From a virus (taxonomy: Duplodnaviria > Caudoviricetes), in the IMG/VR virus record IMGVR_UViG_3300009434_000025, positions 1-27,847 of that record: a DNA stretch of 27,847 bases, one strand, 5' to 3'. Within the stretch, counting starts at the first letter, position 1. Each line of letters starts with the position of its first letter. A program made the position numbers and the translations under genes. Of this stretch, positions 1-9,696 are shown one piece after another. The notes under the pieces were generated by a model. That model was not told the DNA's origin, did no database searches, and saw only the letters and a program-made list of their open reading frames with translations.

Positions 1-1
1 A

Positions 2-196
2 GTTGACTTTGATATTTCTATTAATGTTTCTGATTCTGAACTCACATGTTCTTTAACTGCCGCACAGACATCGCTCTTAAAATACGGCAGATATGTATAT
101 GATATCGAGATTCTTTCGGGCGACGATCCTGCAGCAGTAACACGTGTTGTCGAAGGTCAAGTTGACGTGACACCTAGAGTCACACAAAACATCTAA
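2..196 (+). CDS. 3' end of a conserved T4-like phage protein, probably virion-associated (truncated by window edge)
   Basis: Open frame from base 2 to TAA at 194-196 translates VDFDISINVSDSELTCSLTAAQTSLLKYGRYVYDIEILSGDDPAAVTRVVEGQVDVTPRVTQNI. The GRYVYDIE...RVVEG..VTP pattern is typical of small structural proteins of marine T4-like phages. Not in the supplied ORF track. Confidence 0.7.
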   Translation, partial: VDFDISINVSDSELTCSLTAAQTSLLKYGRYVYDIEILSGDDPAAVTRVVEGQVDVTPRVTQNI

Positions 197-263
197 TGAT
201 CAATGCAAGCATAAATACTTCGGATCTAGAGCATTGCCAAATGAGATTCTAGTGTTTGGAGTG

Positions 264-271
264 TATAAATA
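264..271 (+). promoter_or_regulatory. T4-type late promoter (gp55-dependent)
   Basis: Exact TATAAATA, 5 nt before the gp13 ATG at 277. Confidence 0.85.
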
Positions 272-276
272 GAAGT

Positions 277-1026
277 ATGGCTAAACCAAATTCCAGACAA
301 ACATTAATCGACTACTGCATGCGGTCTCTTGGTGCACCAGTCATCGAGATTAATGTTGACGAAGATCAGATTGAAGATCGTGTTGATGAAGCGATTCAGT
401 TTTATCAAGAGTATCACTCTGACTCTATTGTTAGGGTATATCTTAAACATCAGGTAACATCTGATGATGTATCTAATGCATATATTACTTTACCAGATAA
501 TCTTTTATTTGTAAATAGAATCTTTCCGTTTAGTAGTTCTAAAAATTCTACTGGAATGTTTTCCGTAGATTATCAGATACACTTGAATGATATCTTCGAC
601 CTGAATAATGCGGAGGGAATAGTTCATTATGAAATGACTAAGCAGTATCTTTCTATACTTGATCGGCAAGTGAATGGAATGCAGCAACTTTCTACATTCT
701 CAAGACATCAAAACAGATTGTATGTTGAAGCCGACTGGAGTTCAAAGATTGGAGTTGGAGAATATATCATTGTTGAAGGTTATGAAACAATTGATCCAGA
801 TACACATAATGATGTTTACAATGATCGATTCCTAAAGAAATATGTGACTGCACTTATCAAACGACAGTGGGGTTTAAATTTAATTAAATTCGAAGGAATG
901 CAATTGCCAGGTGGTGTCACACTTAATGGCAGACAGATCTATGATGATGCAGTCCAAGATATTGAGAAGATTGAAGAGCAGATGCAACTCACATACGAGA
1001 TGCCGCCAGACTTCTTTGTTGGATAA
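277..1026 (+). CDS. gp13: neck protein gp13
   Basis: MAKPNSRQTLIDYCMRSLGAPVIEINVDEDQIEDRVDEAIQ...KRQWGLNLIKFEGMQLPGGVTLNG is the gp13 signature. Start moved from TTG 256 to ATG 277 because the late promoter lies at 264-271. Confidence 0.92.
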   Translation: MAKPNSRQTLIDYCMRSLGAPVIEINVDEDQIEDRVDEAIQFYQEYHSDSIVRVYLKHQVTSDDVSNAYITLPDNLLFVNRIFPFSSSKNSTGMFSVDYQIHLNDIFDLNNAEGIVHYEMTKQYLSILDRQVNGMQQLSTFSRHQNRLYVEADWSSKIGVGEYIIVEGYETIDPDTHNDVYNDRFLKKYVTALIKRQWGLNLIKFEGMQLPGGVTLNGRQIYDDAVQDIEKIEEQMQLTYEMPPDFFVG

Positions 1027-1032
1027 CGCATC

Positions 1033-1926
1033 ATGCCAAGAAATCAATATTTTAGTTTAGGCACAACGTCTGAAAAGAATCTCTATGAAGATATAGTCAT
1101 AGAGGGTCTTCGTATATACGGGCATGATGTATATTATCTGCCACGAAGTATTATTAATGAAGATGGTATTTTCAATGAAGCATCTCTGAGTGAATTTGGC
1201 GAGGCATTTCAAATTGAAATGTATGTCGAAAACATTGATGGCTTTGAAGGAGAAGGTGATTTACTTTCTAAGTTCGGCTTAGAGATGAGAGATCAGATGA
1301 GTTTGGTTGTCGCTAATCGTAGATGGGAACAGCTTGTTGGTAGGTTTCAGACTGTACCTGAATCAAGACCTCAAGAGGGTGATTTAATCTATTTTCCATT
1401 AGTCAAGGGTTTGTTTGAGATTCGGTATGTAGAAGAAGAGACACCTTTCTATCAATTACAGAATATTCCAACATTCAAATTGAAGTGTGAGTTATTTGAA
1501 TACTCTAATGAAGCGATTGATACGGGAATTGGAGAGATTGATAAATTCGAAACAGACTTTGCAAGTAGAACCACACTCACTCTTGGAACAGGAACAGGAA
1601 CATTTGCTACTGGTGAAGATGTCACACAAACAGTTGGCGCTCTTACAATTAGTGGAGAGATCGCTGAGATAAGAAGCGGAGAAGTTGATGTAGTTGGAAT
1701 CACATCAAGTGATGGAACCAACGTGTCATTCAGCATCACTGGTGACTCTAATGGAAATATAATTGGTTCAACATCCGGCGCGTCTTATGCTATTACATTA
1801 AAGGATACATTTAATAACATGGATGAGTTTGATGCCTTTGCAGATAATGAAGAATTTGAATCTATTGGAAATAACTTCATTGACTTCACTGAAATGAATC
1901 CATTTGGAACACCTAATATAACATAA
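1033..1926 (+). CDS. gp14: neck protein gp14
   Basis: YGHDVYYLPR, GFEGEGDLLSKFG, RPQEGDLIYFP, CELFEYS and C-terminal DFTEMNPFG; lies between gp13 and gp15. Confidence 0.92.
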   Translation: MPRNQYFSLGTTSEKNLYEDIVIEGLRIYGHDVYYLPRSIINEDGIFNEASLSEFGEAFQIEMYVENIDGFEGEGDLLSKFGLEMRDQMSLVVANRRWEQLVGRFQTVPESRPQEGDLIYFPLVKGLFEIRYVEEETPFYQLQNIPTFKLKCELFEYSNEAIDTGIGEIDKFETDFASRTTLTLGTGTGTFATGEDVTQTVGALTISGEIAEIRSGEVDVVGITSSDGTNVSFSITGDSNGNIIGSTSGASYAITLKDTFNNMDEFDAFADNEEFESIGNNFIDFTEMNPFGTPNIT

Positions 1927-2684
1927 TGCTTACAGGAAATCACTTTTACAATCAGACACTAAAGAAGTCTGTTGCTGTGTTTGGCACTATTTTCAACAAT
2001 CTTCGTGTTGTTAAACATGGCGGTGTTGAGGAGAGAGTGCCTATTGCCTATGGGCCGAGACAGAAGTTCTTGGCTAGACTCGCGCAGTCGAGTCGGCAGG
2101 ATGAGACCATTGCAATCAAGGTGCCAAGATTGAGTTTTGAAATAACTGATTTATCATATGATTCAACAATTAATCTGAATAAGATGAATAAATCACCCTT
2201 TTCGATATCGGGTGATCCTTCATCAAGGGCTATCTTAAATCAAAGTGTTCCATACACCTTATCTATAGAGTTAAATGTAATATCAAAGACTCAAGATGAG
2301 GCGCTTCAGATAGTCGAACAAATTCTTCCGACGTTTTCTCCAGAATATACAGTGGCGATTAATGATATGAATGGCCCAGGATCGTCAGCGGATGTTCCCA
2401 TCATACTTAACTCCGTTTCCATCCCAAATGAATATGAAGGTGATTTCGAAACACGAGGTGTTATAATCTACACACTATCATTCTCAATGAAGATTCGTTT
2501 CATTGGCACGACAGTTAATAGACCTATAATCCGATCTGTCACAACAGATTTTTATAACGACTTATCTGTAGAGGATACGCCATTAGATGCAGTGGATCGA
2601 GTACATACTGAATTAGGTTCTGAAAATGATACACCTGATAATTTTACAACCAAGACTACATTTGGTTTTGATGACTCTCCATAG
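1926..2684 (+). CDS. gp15: tail sheath stabilizer / terminator gp15
   Basis: FGTIFNN, VPIAYGPRQKFLARL, PRLSFEI, QIVEQILPTFSPEY; TAATG overlap with gp14. Confidence 0.9.
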   Translation: MLTGNHFYNQTLKKSVAVFGTIFNNLRVVKHGGVEERVPIAYGPRQKFLARLAQSSRQDETIAIKVPRLSFEITDLSYDSTINLNKMNKSPFSISGDPSSRAILNQSVPYTLSIELNVISKTQDEALQIVEQILPTFSPEYTVAINDMNGPGSSADVPIILNSVSIPNEYEGDFETRGVIIYTLSFSMKIRFIGTTVNRPIIRSVTTDFYNDLSVEDTPLDAVDRVHTELGSENDTPDNFTTKTTFGFDDSP

Positions 2685-2693
2685 TTATATATT

Positions 2694-3104
2694 ATGAATA
2701 AGACTAAAGATGACATTCTAAATGCTCTTGAAATAAATCTTCCTAGACAATTAAAACAGATAAAAACTGAGGTTGCTCAGACGGAGATTGTTGCTGATAC
2801 TGAAGAGGATTATGCATATTCAAGGGATAAGATTAAAGACCTTATCGCCAAGTCTGAAGAGGCTATTGATACTATGATGGCTCTGGCAAGTGAGACCGAA
2901 CATCCAAGAGCCTTTGAAGTTCTATCTGGTATGTTCAAGACCACTACCGATATGATGGATCAACTTATTACTCTACAAAAGAAGAGAAGGGAATTAACAC
3001 AATCGGAGGAACAGAAACCCGCTGTTGGTAGTACCACAAATAATGCAATCTTCGTAGGTTCAACCACAGAACTACAGAAGTTTTTGAGTAAAAATGATGG
3101 ATAG
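2694..3104 (+). CDS. gp16: terminase small subunit gp16
   Basis: DYAYSR...EHPRAFEV...TNNAIFVGSTTELQK, immediately upstream of the large terminase. Confidence 0.88.
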   Translation: MNKTKDDILNALEINLPRQLKQIKTEVAQTEIVADTEEDYAYSRDKIKDLIAKSEEAIDTMMALASETEHPRAFEVLSGMFKTTTDMMDQLITLQKKRRELTQSEEQKPAVGSTTNNAIFVGSTTELQKFLSKNDG

Positions 3105-4689
3105 TCATAAGAATACTTATCTTGGCAACGCTTTAGTTAAGAGAGATGGTGTTCAAGATAGCTTTACACAAGAGGAAGTTTCTGAGTACGTAAAGTGTAT
3201 GAAAGATCCGATATACTTTGCATCTAAGTATGTTAAGGTAATATCACTTGATGATGGTTTAATACCATTCACACCATATGATTATCAAGAGAGAATGTTT
3301 AAACACTTCAATGAGAATCGATTCTCTATTGTGTTAGCATGTCGGCAGTCTGGTAAAAGTATTAGTACAGTTATTTACATTCTGTGGTATGCAGTCTTTC
3401 ATCCTGAAAAGACAATTGCGATCCTTGCGAATAAGGGTGCAACAGCAAGAGAGATGTTATCGCGGGTCACATTAGCACTTGAGAATCTCCCATTCTTTTT
3501 ACAGCCTGGATGTAAGGCTTTGAATAAGGGTAATATCACATTCGGAAATAACACTAAGATTATTGCCGCGGCGACTTCTGGTTCTTCTATTCGTGGTCTA
3601 TCAGTGAATCTTCTTTTCCTTGACGAGTTTGCTTTCGTTGAAAATGCTGCTGAATTCTACACATCAACATACCCTGTTGTTTCGGCAGGTAAAGAGACTA
3701 AGGTGATTATTACATCTACGGCAAATGGTGTTGGTAATGTTTTTCATCGATTATACGAAGGTGCTGTACAGAAGAGAAATGAATTCAAAGCATTTCGTGT
3801 AGATTGGTGGGATGTTCCTGGTCGAGATGAAGAATGGAAAAGACAAACCATTGCAAACACATCGGAAATTCAATTTGAACAGGAGTTCGGTAACTCTTTT
3901 CACGGCAGATCAAATACTCTAATTAACTCAGATTCTATTCTTGCTTTAAAAGCTCAAGAACCTATAGAATATAAGAATGGTGTTTCATATTATGAAAAGC
4001 CCATTGCTGGCCACACATATGTAATGTGCATCGATGTTTCGAAGGGAAGAGGACAGGACTATTCAACATTTAATATCTTTGACGTTCAGTCAGATAGATT
4101 TAAACAGGTGTGTACATTTAGAGATAACATGGTATCTCCATTGATATTTCCAGACATCATTGTTAAGATTGCAAATCTCTATAATGAGGCTATTGTTCTT
4201 ATCGAGAATAATGATGTTGGACAGGTGGTTTGTAATGCAGTGTATTATGACTATGAATATGATAATACATTTATTCAGTCTTCGACTAAAGCTGGCGGTA
4301 TCGGAGTCACAATGTCAAAGAGGATTAAGAGGATAGGTTGCTCAAATCTAAAGGACATTATCGAACTTGGTAAACTTGAGATTATAGATGCCGATACTAT
4401 ATCGGAGATGGCTACATTTGAGGTTCATGGATCTTCTTATGCAGCAAGTGGAGGCAATCATGATGATCTTGTGATGAATTTAGTTCTCTTTGCTTGGTTT
4501 ATATCATCCGATGCCTTCGGTAACATACTCGAAATGGATTTAAAGGATATGTTATATCAAGATAAGATAAGAGAGATTGAAAATGATCTATTACCTTTCG
4601 GATTTATTGATGATAATAAACAAGGGCCTGTTCGTAATGAGACACATGATAAACTAGTGGCTCAACAGAAGAATTGGTTAGAATTCTAG
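3094..4689 (+). CDS. gp17: terminase large subunit gp17
   Basis: YLGN N-terminus, Walker A RQSGKS, Walker B LFLDEFAF, ITSTANG, nuclease motifs IDVSKGRGQDYS and HDDLVM. No intein or intron evident. Start may be 3097. Confidence 0.96.
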   Translation: MMDSHKNTYLGNALVKRDGVQDSFTQEEVSEYVKCMKDPIYFASKYVKVISLDDGLIPFTPYDYQERMFKHFNENRFSIVLACRQSGKSISTVIYILWYAVFHPEKTIAILANKGATAREMLSRVTLALENLPFFLQPGCKALNKGNITFGNNTKIIAAATSGSSIRGLSVNLLFLDEFAFVENAAEFYTSTYPVVSAGKETKVIITSTANGVGNVFHRLYEGAVQKRNEFKAFRVDWWDVPGRDEEWKRQTIANTSEIQFEQEFGNSFHGRSNTLINSDSILALKAQEPIEYKNGVSYYEKPIAGHTYVMCIDVSKGRGQDYSTFNIFDVQSDRFKQVCTFRDNMVSPLIFPDIIVKIANLYNEAIVLIENNDVGQVVCNAVYYDYEYDNTFIQSSTKAGGIGVTMSKRIKRIGCSNLKDIIELGKLEIIDADTISEMATFEVHGSSYAASGGNHDDLVMNLVLFAWFISSDAFGNILEMDLKDMLYQDKIREIENDLLPFGFIDDNKQGPVRNETHDKLVAQQKNWLEF

Positions 4690-4702
4690 AGATCTTTATA
4701 TA

Positions 4703-4710
4703 TATAAATA
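4703..4710 (+). promoter_or_regulatory. T4-type late promoter for gp18/gp19
   Basis: Exact TATAAATA; SD-like AAAGGA at 4779-4784 precedes the gp18 ATG. Confidence 0.85.
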
Positions 4711-4789
4711 AGCATGAGTGACGTGAAATAATTCTTGTTATTTATACAAACATCTTATTATACAACTATAACAAACTGAAAGGAACAAT

Positions 4790-6529
4790 ATGGGTTTTCA
4801 AGTATCACCTGGAGTCGAGGTTAAAGAAATCGACCTAACAAATGTCATACCGGCAGTATCCGCATCAATTGGCGGATTTGCAGGGTATTTTAAATGGGGG
4901 CCTGTTGATCAGGTATCTCTTATTTCGTCCGAGAAGGGTCTGATCCAAGCTTTTGGAACTCCAGACACTTCTGTTCTCTATGCTGATCCGTTTTTCCAAG
5001 CGGCTTCATTCCTTCAATATGCATCTGCTCTAAAAGTAGTTCGTGGTGGTAACTCCGATACATTCTCAAATGCATCGGATGCAGACAACAGTCTAGATTC
5101 ACCACTAAATCGTACAGGTGTATGGATTCCTAATCAATCATACTTTGAAGATGTTTTCACAGATAGTGAAGGTGGCACATTTGCTGCTAGATTTCCGGGT
5201 GAAGCTGGTAATTCTCTTAAAGTTTATGCTTTGAATACAACCGATTACAACGCATTGATCACCGCGTCTCCACATACTGAGGAAGAACTGAACGTATACA
5301 ACTCATTTGATCTTGCACCTGATGCAGGTGAAATTCATGTTGCCATCGTTGATGTAAAAGGTGCATTCGGTGTAGCAGGTCAAGTTATTGAAAGACATGT
5401 TGGTTTAAGTGTAGACAAAGGTGCTAAGGCCGAGAATGGTGGAAGTAATTATATCAAAGGTGTTATTAATTCGAGATCGAGATATATTTATTGCATCTTA
5501 GATGATACCAATGATTTAAATGGAGATTCATTCACAATGTCTGGAGACTCTCCATTAGCGGGCGTCGGTGTATTCCAGCTCAAAGGTGGTATTGAAGCTC
5601 AGGATAACTTGAAACTAGAAGCTGATATTAAAAATGCATTAGATCTCCTTTCAGATACAGAGACAGAAGATATAAGTCTTCTCTTCTCTCAGATTAATGA
5701 CGACGGCGCCGTGATTCAGAATCACATTCATGCGATTGCGACGAGTAGGAAAGATGCAATGGCATTCCTTTCTCCACCGAAGGAAGATACAGTGGGTCAG
5801 ATTAATCCGCTGGCTAGTGTTTTGGCATTCGCCAACGATACTTCGACCGAGGGCGGCCTAAAAAATCGGGATGCGGAGGGATCTTATGGTTTCATCGATT
5901 CTGGTGCAGTGTATATCTATGATCGTTATAATGATGTATATCGTTATATCCCAGCAAATGGTCACATTGCAGGTCTCTGTGCTAACACAGATGATGTTGC
6001 AGAACCTTGGTTCTCACCAGCTGGTCTCAATCGTGGAAGTCTTCGCAATGTCGTGAAGGTTGCTTATAACCCTAAGAAAGCAGATAGAGATGAACTCTAT
6101 AAAGCTGGTGTTAATCCAGTTGCTGGTTTCCCAGGTAGTGGCATCGTTCTCTTCGGTGATAAGACTGCACAAGCTAAACCATCTGCCTTTGATAGAATCA
6201 ATGTTCGTAGATTGTTTATCGTTCTCGAAAAAGCAATTGCAACTGCAGCTAAGTATCAGTTGTTCGAAATTAATGATGAATTCACCAGATCTTCTTTCAA
6301 GAATTCTGTTGAGCCATTCTTGAGAGGTGTTCAAGCCCGTCGTGGTATCACTGATTTCCTTGTTGTGTGTGATGATAGCAACAATGATGCAGGTGTTGTT
6401 GATTCTTCTAATTTTGTTGCTGATATTTATATTAAGCCAACAAAGTCTATCAACTTCGTAAACCTGAACTTCGTCGCGACACGAACTGGTGTTGAATTCT
6501 CAGAGATCGCTGGTCGATCTAACGCTTAA
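4790..6529 (+). CDS. gp18: contractile tail sheath protein gp18
   Basis: SPGVEVKEIDLT, FKWGPVD, PWFSPAGLNRG, GDKT, SAFDRINVRRLF, FEINDEFTR, IYIKPTKSINFVNLNFVATRTGVEF. Confidence 0.96.
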   Translation: MGFQVSPGVEVKEIDLTNVIPAVSASIGGFAGYFKWGPVDQVSLISSEKGLIQAFGTPDTSVLYADPFFQAASFLQYASALKVVRGGNSDTFSNASDADNSLDSPLNRTGVWIPNQSYFEDVFTDSEGGTFAARFPGEAGNSLKVYALNTTDYNALITASPHTEEELNVYNSFDLAPDAGEIHVAIVDVKGAFGVAGQVIERHVGLSVDKGAKAENGGSNYIKGVINSRSRYIYCILDDTNDLNGDSFTMSGDSPLAGVGVFQLKGGIEAQDNLKLEADIKNALDLLSDTETEDISLLFSQINDDGAVIQNHIHAIATSRKDAMAFLSPPKEDTVGQINPLASVLAFANDTSTEGGLKNRDAEGSYGFIDSGAVYIYDRYNDVYRYIPANGHIAGLCANTDDVAEPWFSPAGLNRGSLRNVVKVAYNPKKADRDELYKAGVNPVAGFPGSGIVLFGDKTAQAKPSAFDRINVRRLFIVLEKAIATAAKYQLFEINDEFTRSSFKNSVEPFLRGVQARRGITDFLVVCDDSNNDAGVVDSSNFVADIYIKPTKSINFVNLNFVATRTGVEFSEIAGRSNA

Positions 6530-6560
6530 TAAATTAAAGAAAGAAAGGAAATAAAAAATT

Positions 6561-7097
6561 ATGTCAGATTTTAAAGTAGATACCCTTAAGGGTAAATTAG
6601 GGGGAGGCGGAGCACGCGCCAACCTTTTTAAATGCACGTTCTCGGGCGCAAACGGACTCACAGGTGATGCAGGCGATAAGGCAACACATCTATGTAAAGC
6701 CGCTTCGCTTCCGGGTTCAGTAGTTGGTCAGGTTGATATACCATTTCGAGGTCGAGTATTGAAAGTCGCGGGAGACCGCACATTCGAAAACTGGACTGTG
6801 ACATTCATCAATGATGAGGATTTTGCAATTCGGGATCAATTTGAAACTTGGATGAACAAAATTAATGGTCATGAGAATGGAAAAGGTGAAGTAGACCCTG
6901 AAAAATATCAGAGTGTTTTGACAGTTGAGCAACTTAGCCGAGACAAGACCTCGAAGGGATTGAAGAAAATCATCCTTGATGGTGCTTTCCCTGTTAACAT
7001 CTCTTCGATCGATCTCAGTTATGATACAACCGATGCGGTTGAAGAATTTACTGTTGAGTTCGCTTATAACTACTATAAAACTAACACAACTACTTAG
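6561..7097 (+). CDS. gp19: tail tube protein gp19
   Basis: GGGARANLF, CKAASLPGS, PFRGRVLKVAGDRTFENWTVT, EEFTVEFAY; AAAGGA SD at 6544-6549. Confidence 0.95.
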   Translation: MSDFKVDTLKGKLGGGGARANLFKCTFSGANGLTGDAGDKATHLCKAASLPGSVVGQVDIPFRGRVLKVAGDRTFENWTVTFINDEDFAIRDQFETWMNKINGHENGKGEVDPEKYQSVLTVEQLSRDKTSKGLKKIILDGAFPVNISSIDLSYDTTDAVEEFTVEFAYNYYKTNTTT

Positions 7098-7116
7098 TTA
7101 GTTAGTTAGTAAGTAA
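7094..7116 (+). repeat. short tandem repeat (TTAG)x4-TAAG-TAA overlapping the gp19 stop
   Basis: ttagttagttagttagtaagtaa read directly; gives stop codons in all three frames. Confidence 0.8.
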
Positions 7117-7125
7117 TTAAAAAAT

Positions 7126-7161
7126 TATGGGCTCCTCAATCTTGGGGAGCCCATATATTTT
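7126..7161 (+). terminator. probable intrinsic terminator after gp19
   Basis: Hairpin TATGGGCTCCTCAA-TC-TTGGGGAGCCCATA (7126-7155) followed by TATTTT. Confidence 0.75.
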
Positions 7162-7163
7162 CG

Positions 7164-7171
7164 TATAAATA
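7164..7171 (+). promoter_or_regulatory. T4-type late promoter for gp20
   Basis: Exact TATAAATA, 6 nt before ATG 7178. Confidence 0.85.
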
Positions 7172-7177
7172 ACATAT

Positions 7178-8677
7178 ATGAATCTATTTGGATATGAAAT
7201 TAGTAAAAAGATTACGTCGAGAGAAACAAAACTCGATAAAGATCTAAAATCATTTGTTACACCACGTGACGAGGAAGGCTCTTCTTCTGTTGCTACAACT
7301 GGTGGATACTACGGTCAATACGTCGATATTGATGGTACTAGTAGTGACAGCTCATCAGAGTTGATTGTTAAGTATCGGGAATCTGCATCACAACCAGAGT
7401 GTGATCAGGCCATTAATGATATTGTTGACGGAGCTATTGCATCGGGGGATGATTCTGCACCCGCTGCATTAAATATGAACGACTCTGAATTACCAGATTC
7501 AATCAAGAAGCAGATTCAAGAAGAATTTAGTAAGGTACTATCCTTATATAAGTTCAATCGTAGGGCGTCTGATCTATTTAAGGAATGGTATATAGACGGC
7601 CGACTATACTTTCACGTCATAACTGATGAAAAGAATTTTAATAAAGGTATCAAAGAGCTTAGACAGGTAAATCCTTTACATCTTAAAAAGGTTAAAGAGG
7701 TTAAAAAAGTTCTTGATCCAAAGACTGGGGCCAAAATCCCAAAGACTGTATCTGAATATTATATTTACTCAGAGGGTGGCGATGGTTCCGGTTCAGATGT
7801 TGGATTTAAGATTGCCAAAGAAGCAATCATCGCGTGCCCTTCTGGTTTACTTGATGTTAATCAAGAAAATATAATAGGACATTTACATAAGTCAATGAAG
7901 TTGGTGAATCAACTTCGAATGATGGAAGATTCATTAGTGATGTATCGTGTATCACGTGCACCAGAAAGACGAATCTTCTATATTGATGTCGGCAATCTTC
8001 CAAAGGGTAAGGCTGAAGAATATGTACAATCTGTGATGAGTAAATATCGCAACAAGCTTGTATATGATTCGGCTACAGGTGAGATTAGAGATGATACCCG
8101 ACATATGTCGATGCTTGAAGATTTTTATATGCCACGAAGAGAAGGTGGTAGAGGTACAGAGATTACGACTCTTCCTGGTGGAGAGAATCTTGGACAGATT
8201 GAAGATGTTGTATTCTTTCAGAAGAAACTTTATAGATCTTTGAATGTGCCTATTGCAAGACTTGAACAAGATACTACTCATGCATTTGGACGACCAAGTG
8301 AAGTATCTCGTGACGAAGTTAAATTTCAGAAATTCATTGATAAGCTTAGAAACAAATTCTCTTTTCTATTGATTGATGCTCTACGAATTCAGTTAATCCT
8401 AAAGGGTGTTATTAAACAGTCTGAATGGGATACAATCGAAGAGAGTATTGCAATCAATTATGTTGAAGATAATTACTTCTCTGAATTGAAGGAAGCCGAG
8501 ATTATCAAAGAGCGTGTTGAAGCCCTTAATATTGTCAATGAATTTGTTGGTCAATACTACTCTAAGGCTTGGGTCCGCAGAACGATCTTGAAGCAAACTG
8601 ATGAAGATATTAGAAAAATTCAAGATGAGATTGAAGATGAGAAAAAAGATGAGCCAGATGATGATTTGGACATTTAA
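7178..8677 (+). CDS. gp20: portal protein gp20
   Basis: LFGYEI, WYIDGR, NQLRMMEDSLVMYRVSRAPERRIFYIDVGNLPKGKAEEY, MLEDFYMPRREGGRGTEITTLPGGENLG. Confidence 0.97.
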   Translation: MNLFGYEISKKITSRETKLDKDLKSFVTPRDEEGSSSVATTGGYYGQYVDIDGTSSDSSSELIVKYRESASQPECDQAINDIVDGAIASGDDSAPAALNMNDSELPDSIKKQIQEEFSKVLSLYKFNRRASDLFKEWYIDGRLYFHVITDEKNFNKGIKELRQVNPLHLKKVKEVKKVLDPKTGAKIPKTVSEYYIYSEGGDGSGSDVGFKIAKEAIIACPSGLLDVNQENIIGHLHKSMKLVNQLRMMEDSLVMYRVSRAPERRIFYIDVGNLPKGKAEEYVQSVMSKYRNKLVYDSATGEIRDDTRHMSMLEDFYMPRREGGRGTEITTLPGGENLGQIEDVVFFQKKLYRSLNVPIARLEQDTTHAFGRPSEVSRDEVKFQKFIDKLRNKFSFLLIDALRIQLILKGVIKQSEWDTIEESIAINYVEDNYFSELKEAEIIKERVEALNIVNEFVGQYYSKAWVRRTILKQTDEDIRKIQDEIEDEKKDEPDDDLDI

Positions 8678-8690
8678 AAATAACAATTAT

Positions 8691-8698
8691 TATAAATA
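8691..8698 (+). promoter_or_regulatory. T4-type late promoter for the head assembly genes
   Basis: Exact TATAAATA, 6 nt before ATG 8705. Confidence 0.85.
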
Positions 8699-8704
8699 GA
8701 TACT

Positions 8705-9028
8705 ATGAACAATACAGAAAAACTTTTTAATGATTTAGTGAATAATGATGAGCAGGCTGCTATGAGTTCTTTCACAGTAGCAATTCAAGATAAACTTGAT
8801 CAAGTTATGGCAGTGAGGAAAGTTGCTATTACATCTGAAGTCTTTAATCAAGCTACTGTTGAAGAGTCAACTGAACTTGAGGAGGCTGCTATCGAGATTA
8901 CATTCAAGAAGGGTAAGTCTTCTAAGAAGGAGATTGCTAAATTTAAAAATCAGAAGGAATTCGAGAAGTGGTTCATTAAACATGAAGATGATATTGAAAT
9001 CACTTCACACAAAGGATTAGAAGAATAA
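8705..9028 (+). CDS. small prohead core protein (gp67/gp68 position)
   Basis: 107-aa ORF between portal and protease with a helical N-terminus and an acidic EES/LEEA stretch; call rests on synteny. Confidence 0.6.
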   Translation: MNNTEKLFNDLVNNDEQAAMSSFTVAIQDKLDQVMAVRKVAITSEVFNQATVEESTELEEAAIEITFKKGKSSKKEIAKFKNQKEFEKWFIKHEDDIEITSHKGLEE

Positions 9029-9029
9029 T

Positions 9030-9677
9030 ATGAAATTAATCACAGAACATTTAGATTCAAACCTCGAATTTCTCATTGAGAAAGATGAGAAGGGTAACAA
9101 GAATACCTACATCGAGGGTGTCTTTATGCAAGCGGAGCAGAAAAACCGCAACAATAGAATTTATCCTAAAAACGTATTAACTGAGGCATGTGACAAATAC
9201 GTAAAGGAGCAGGTTAAAACTGGAAGAGCTGTTGGTGAGTTGAATCACCCAGAAGGCCCAGCAATTAACCTTGATAAAGTTTCGCACAGAATTACCGAAC
9301 TTAATTGGGATGGTAATGATGTTGTTGGAAAGGCACTTATACTGAATACGCCAATGGGTAATATAGTGAAAGGACTTATTGAAGGTGGATGTAAGTTAGG
9401 TGTCTCAAGTCGTGGTATGGGAACAGTTGAAAGCAGGAATAGTAAGACCTATGTGAAGAGTGATTTTATGCTCTCCACAGTGGACATTGTACAAGATCCT
9501 TCTGCACCGGAAGCATTCGTTAATGGAATAATGGAAGGTGTTGAATGGATTTATGAGAATGGTATTCTTAAACCTCAACAGATTGAAGAATATGAGACTG
9601 AAATACGTAAAGCATCTAAATCTGAACTTGCAGAAGCTCAGAAAAGGGTCTTTAGTGATTTCCTCTCCAAACTCTAA
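9030..9677 (+). CDS. gp21: prohead core scaffold protease gp21
   Basis: MKLITE, YIEGVFMQAE, KNRNNRIYP, GELNHP, INLDKVSH, LGVSSRGMG, DIVQDPSAPEAFV. Confidence 0.96.
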   Translation: MKLITEHLDSNLEFLIEKDEKGNKNTYIEGVFMQAEQKNRNNRIYPKNVLTEACDKYVKEQVKTGRAVGELNHPEGPAINLDKVSHRITELNWDGNDVVGKALILNTPMGNIVKGLIEGGCKLGVSSRGMGTVESRNSKTYVKSDFMLSTVDIVQDPSAPEAFVNGIMEGVEWIYENGILKPQQIEEYETEIRKASKSELAEAQKRVFSDFLSKL

Positions 9678-9696
9678 TCATTAAAATAATAAAGCT

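Noticed and set aside
4714-4731. uORF MSDVK after the gp18 late promoter (similarly MNIL at 14805)
   Set aside because: The ATG is only 3 nt after TATAAATA, probably upstream of the transcription start
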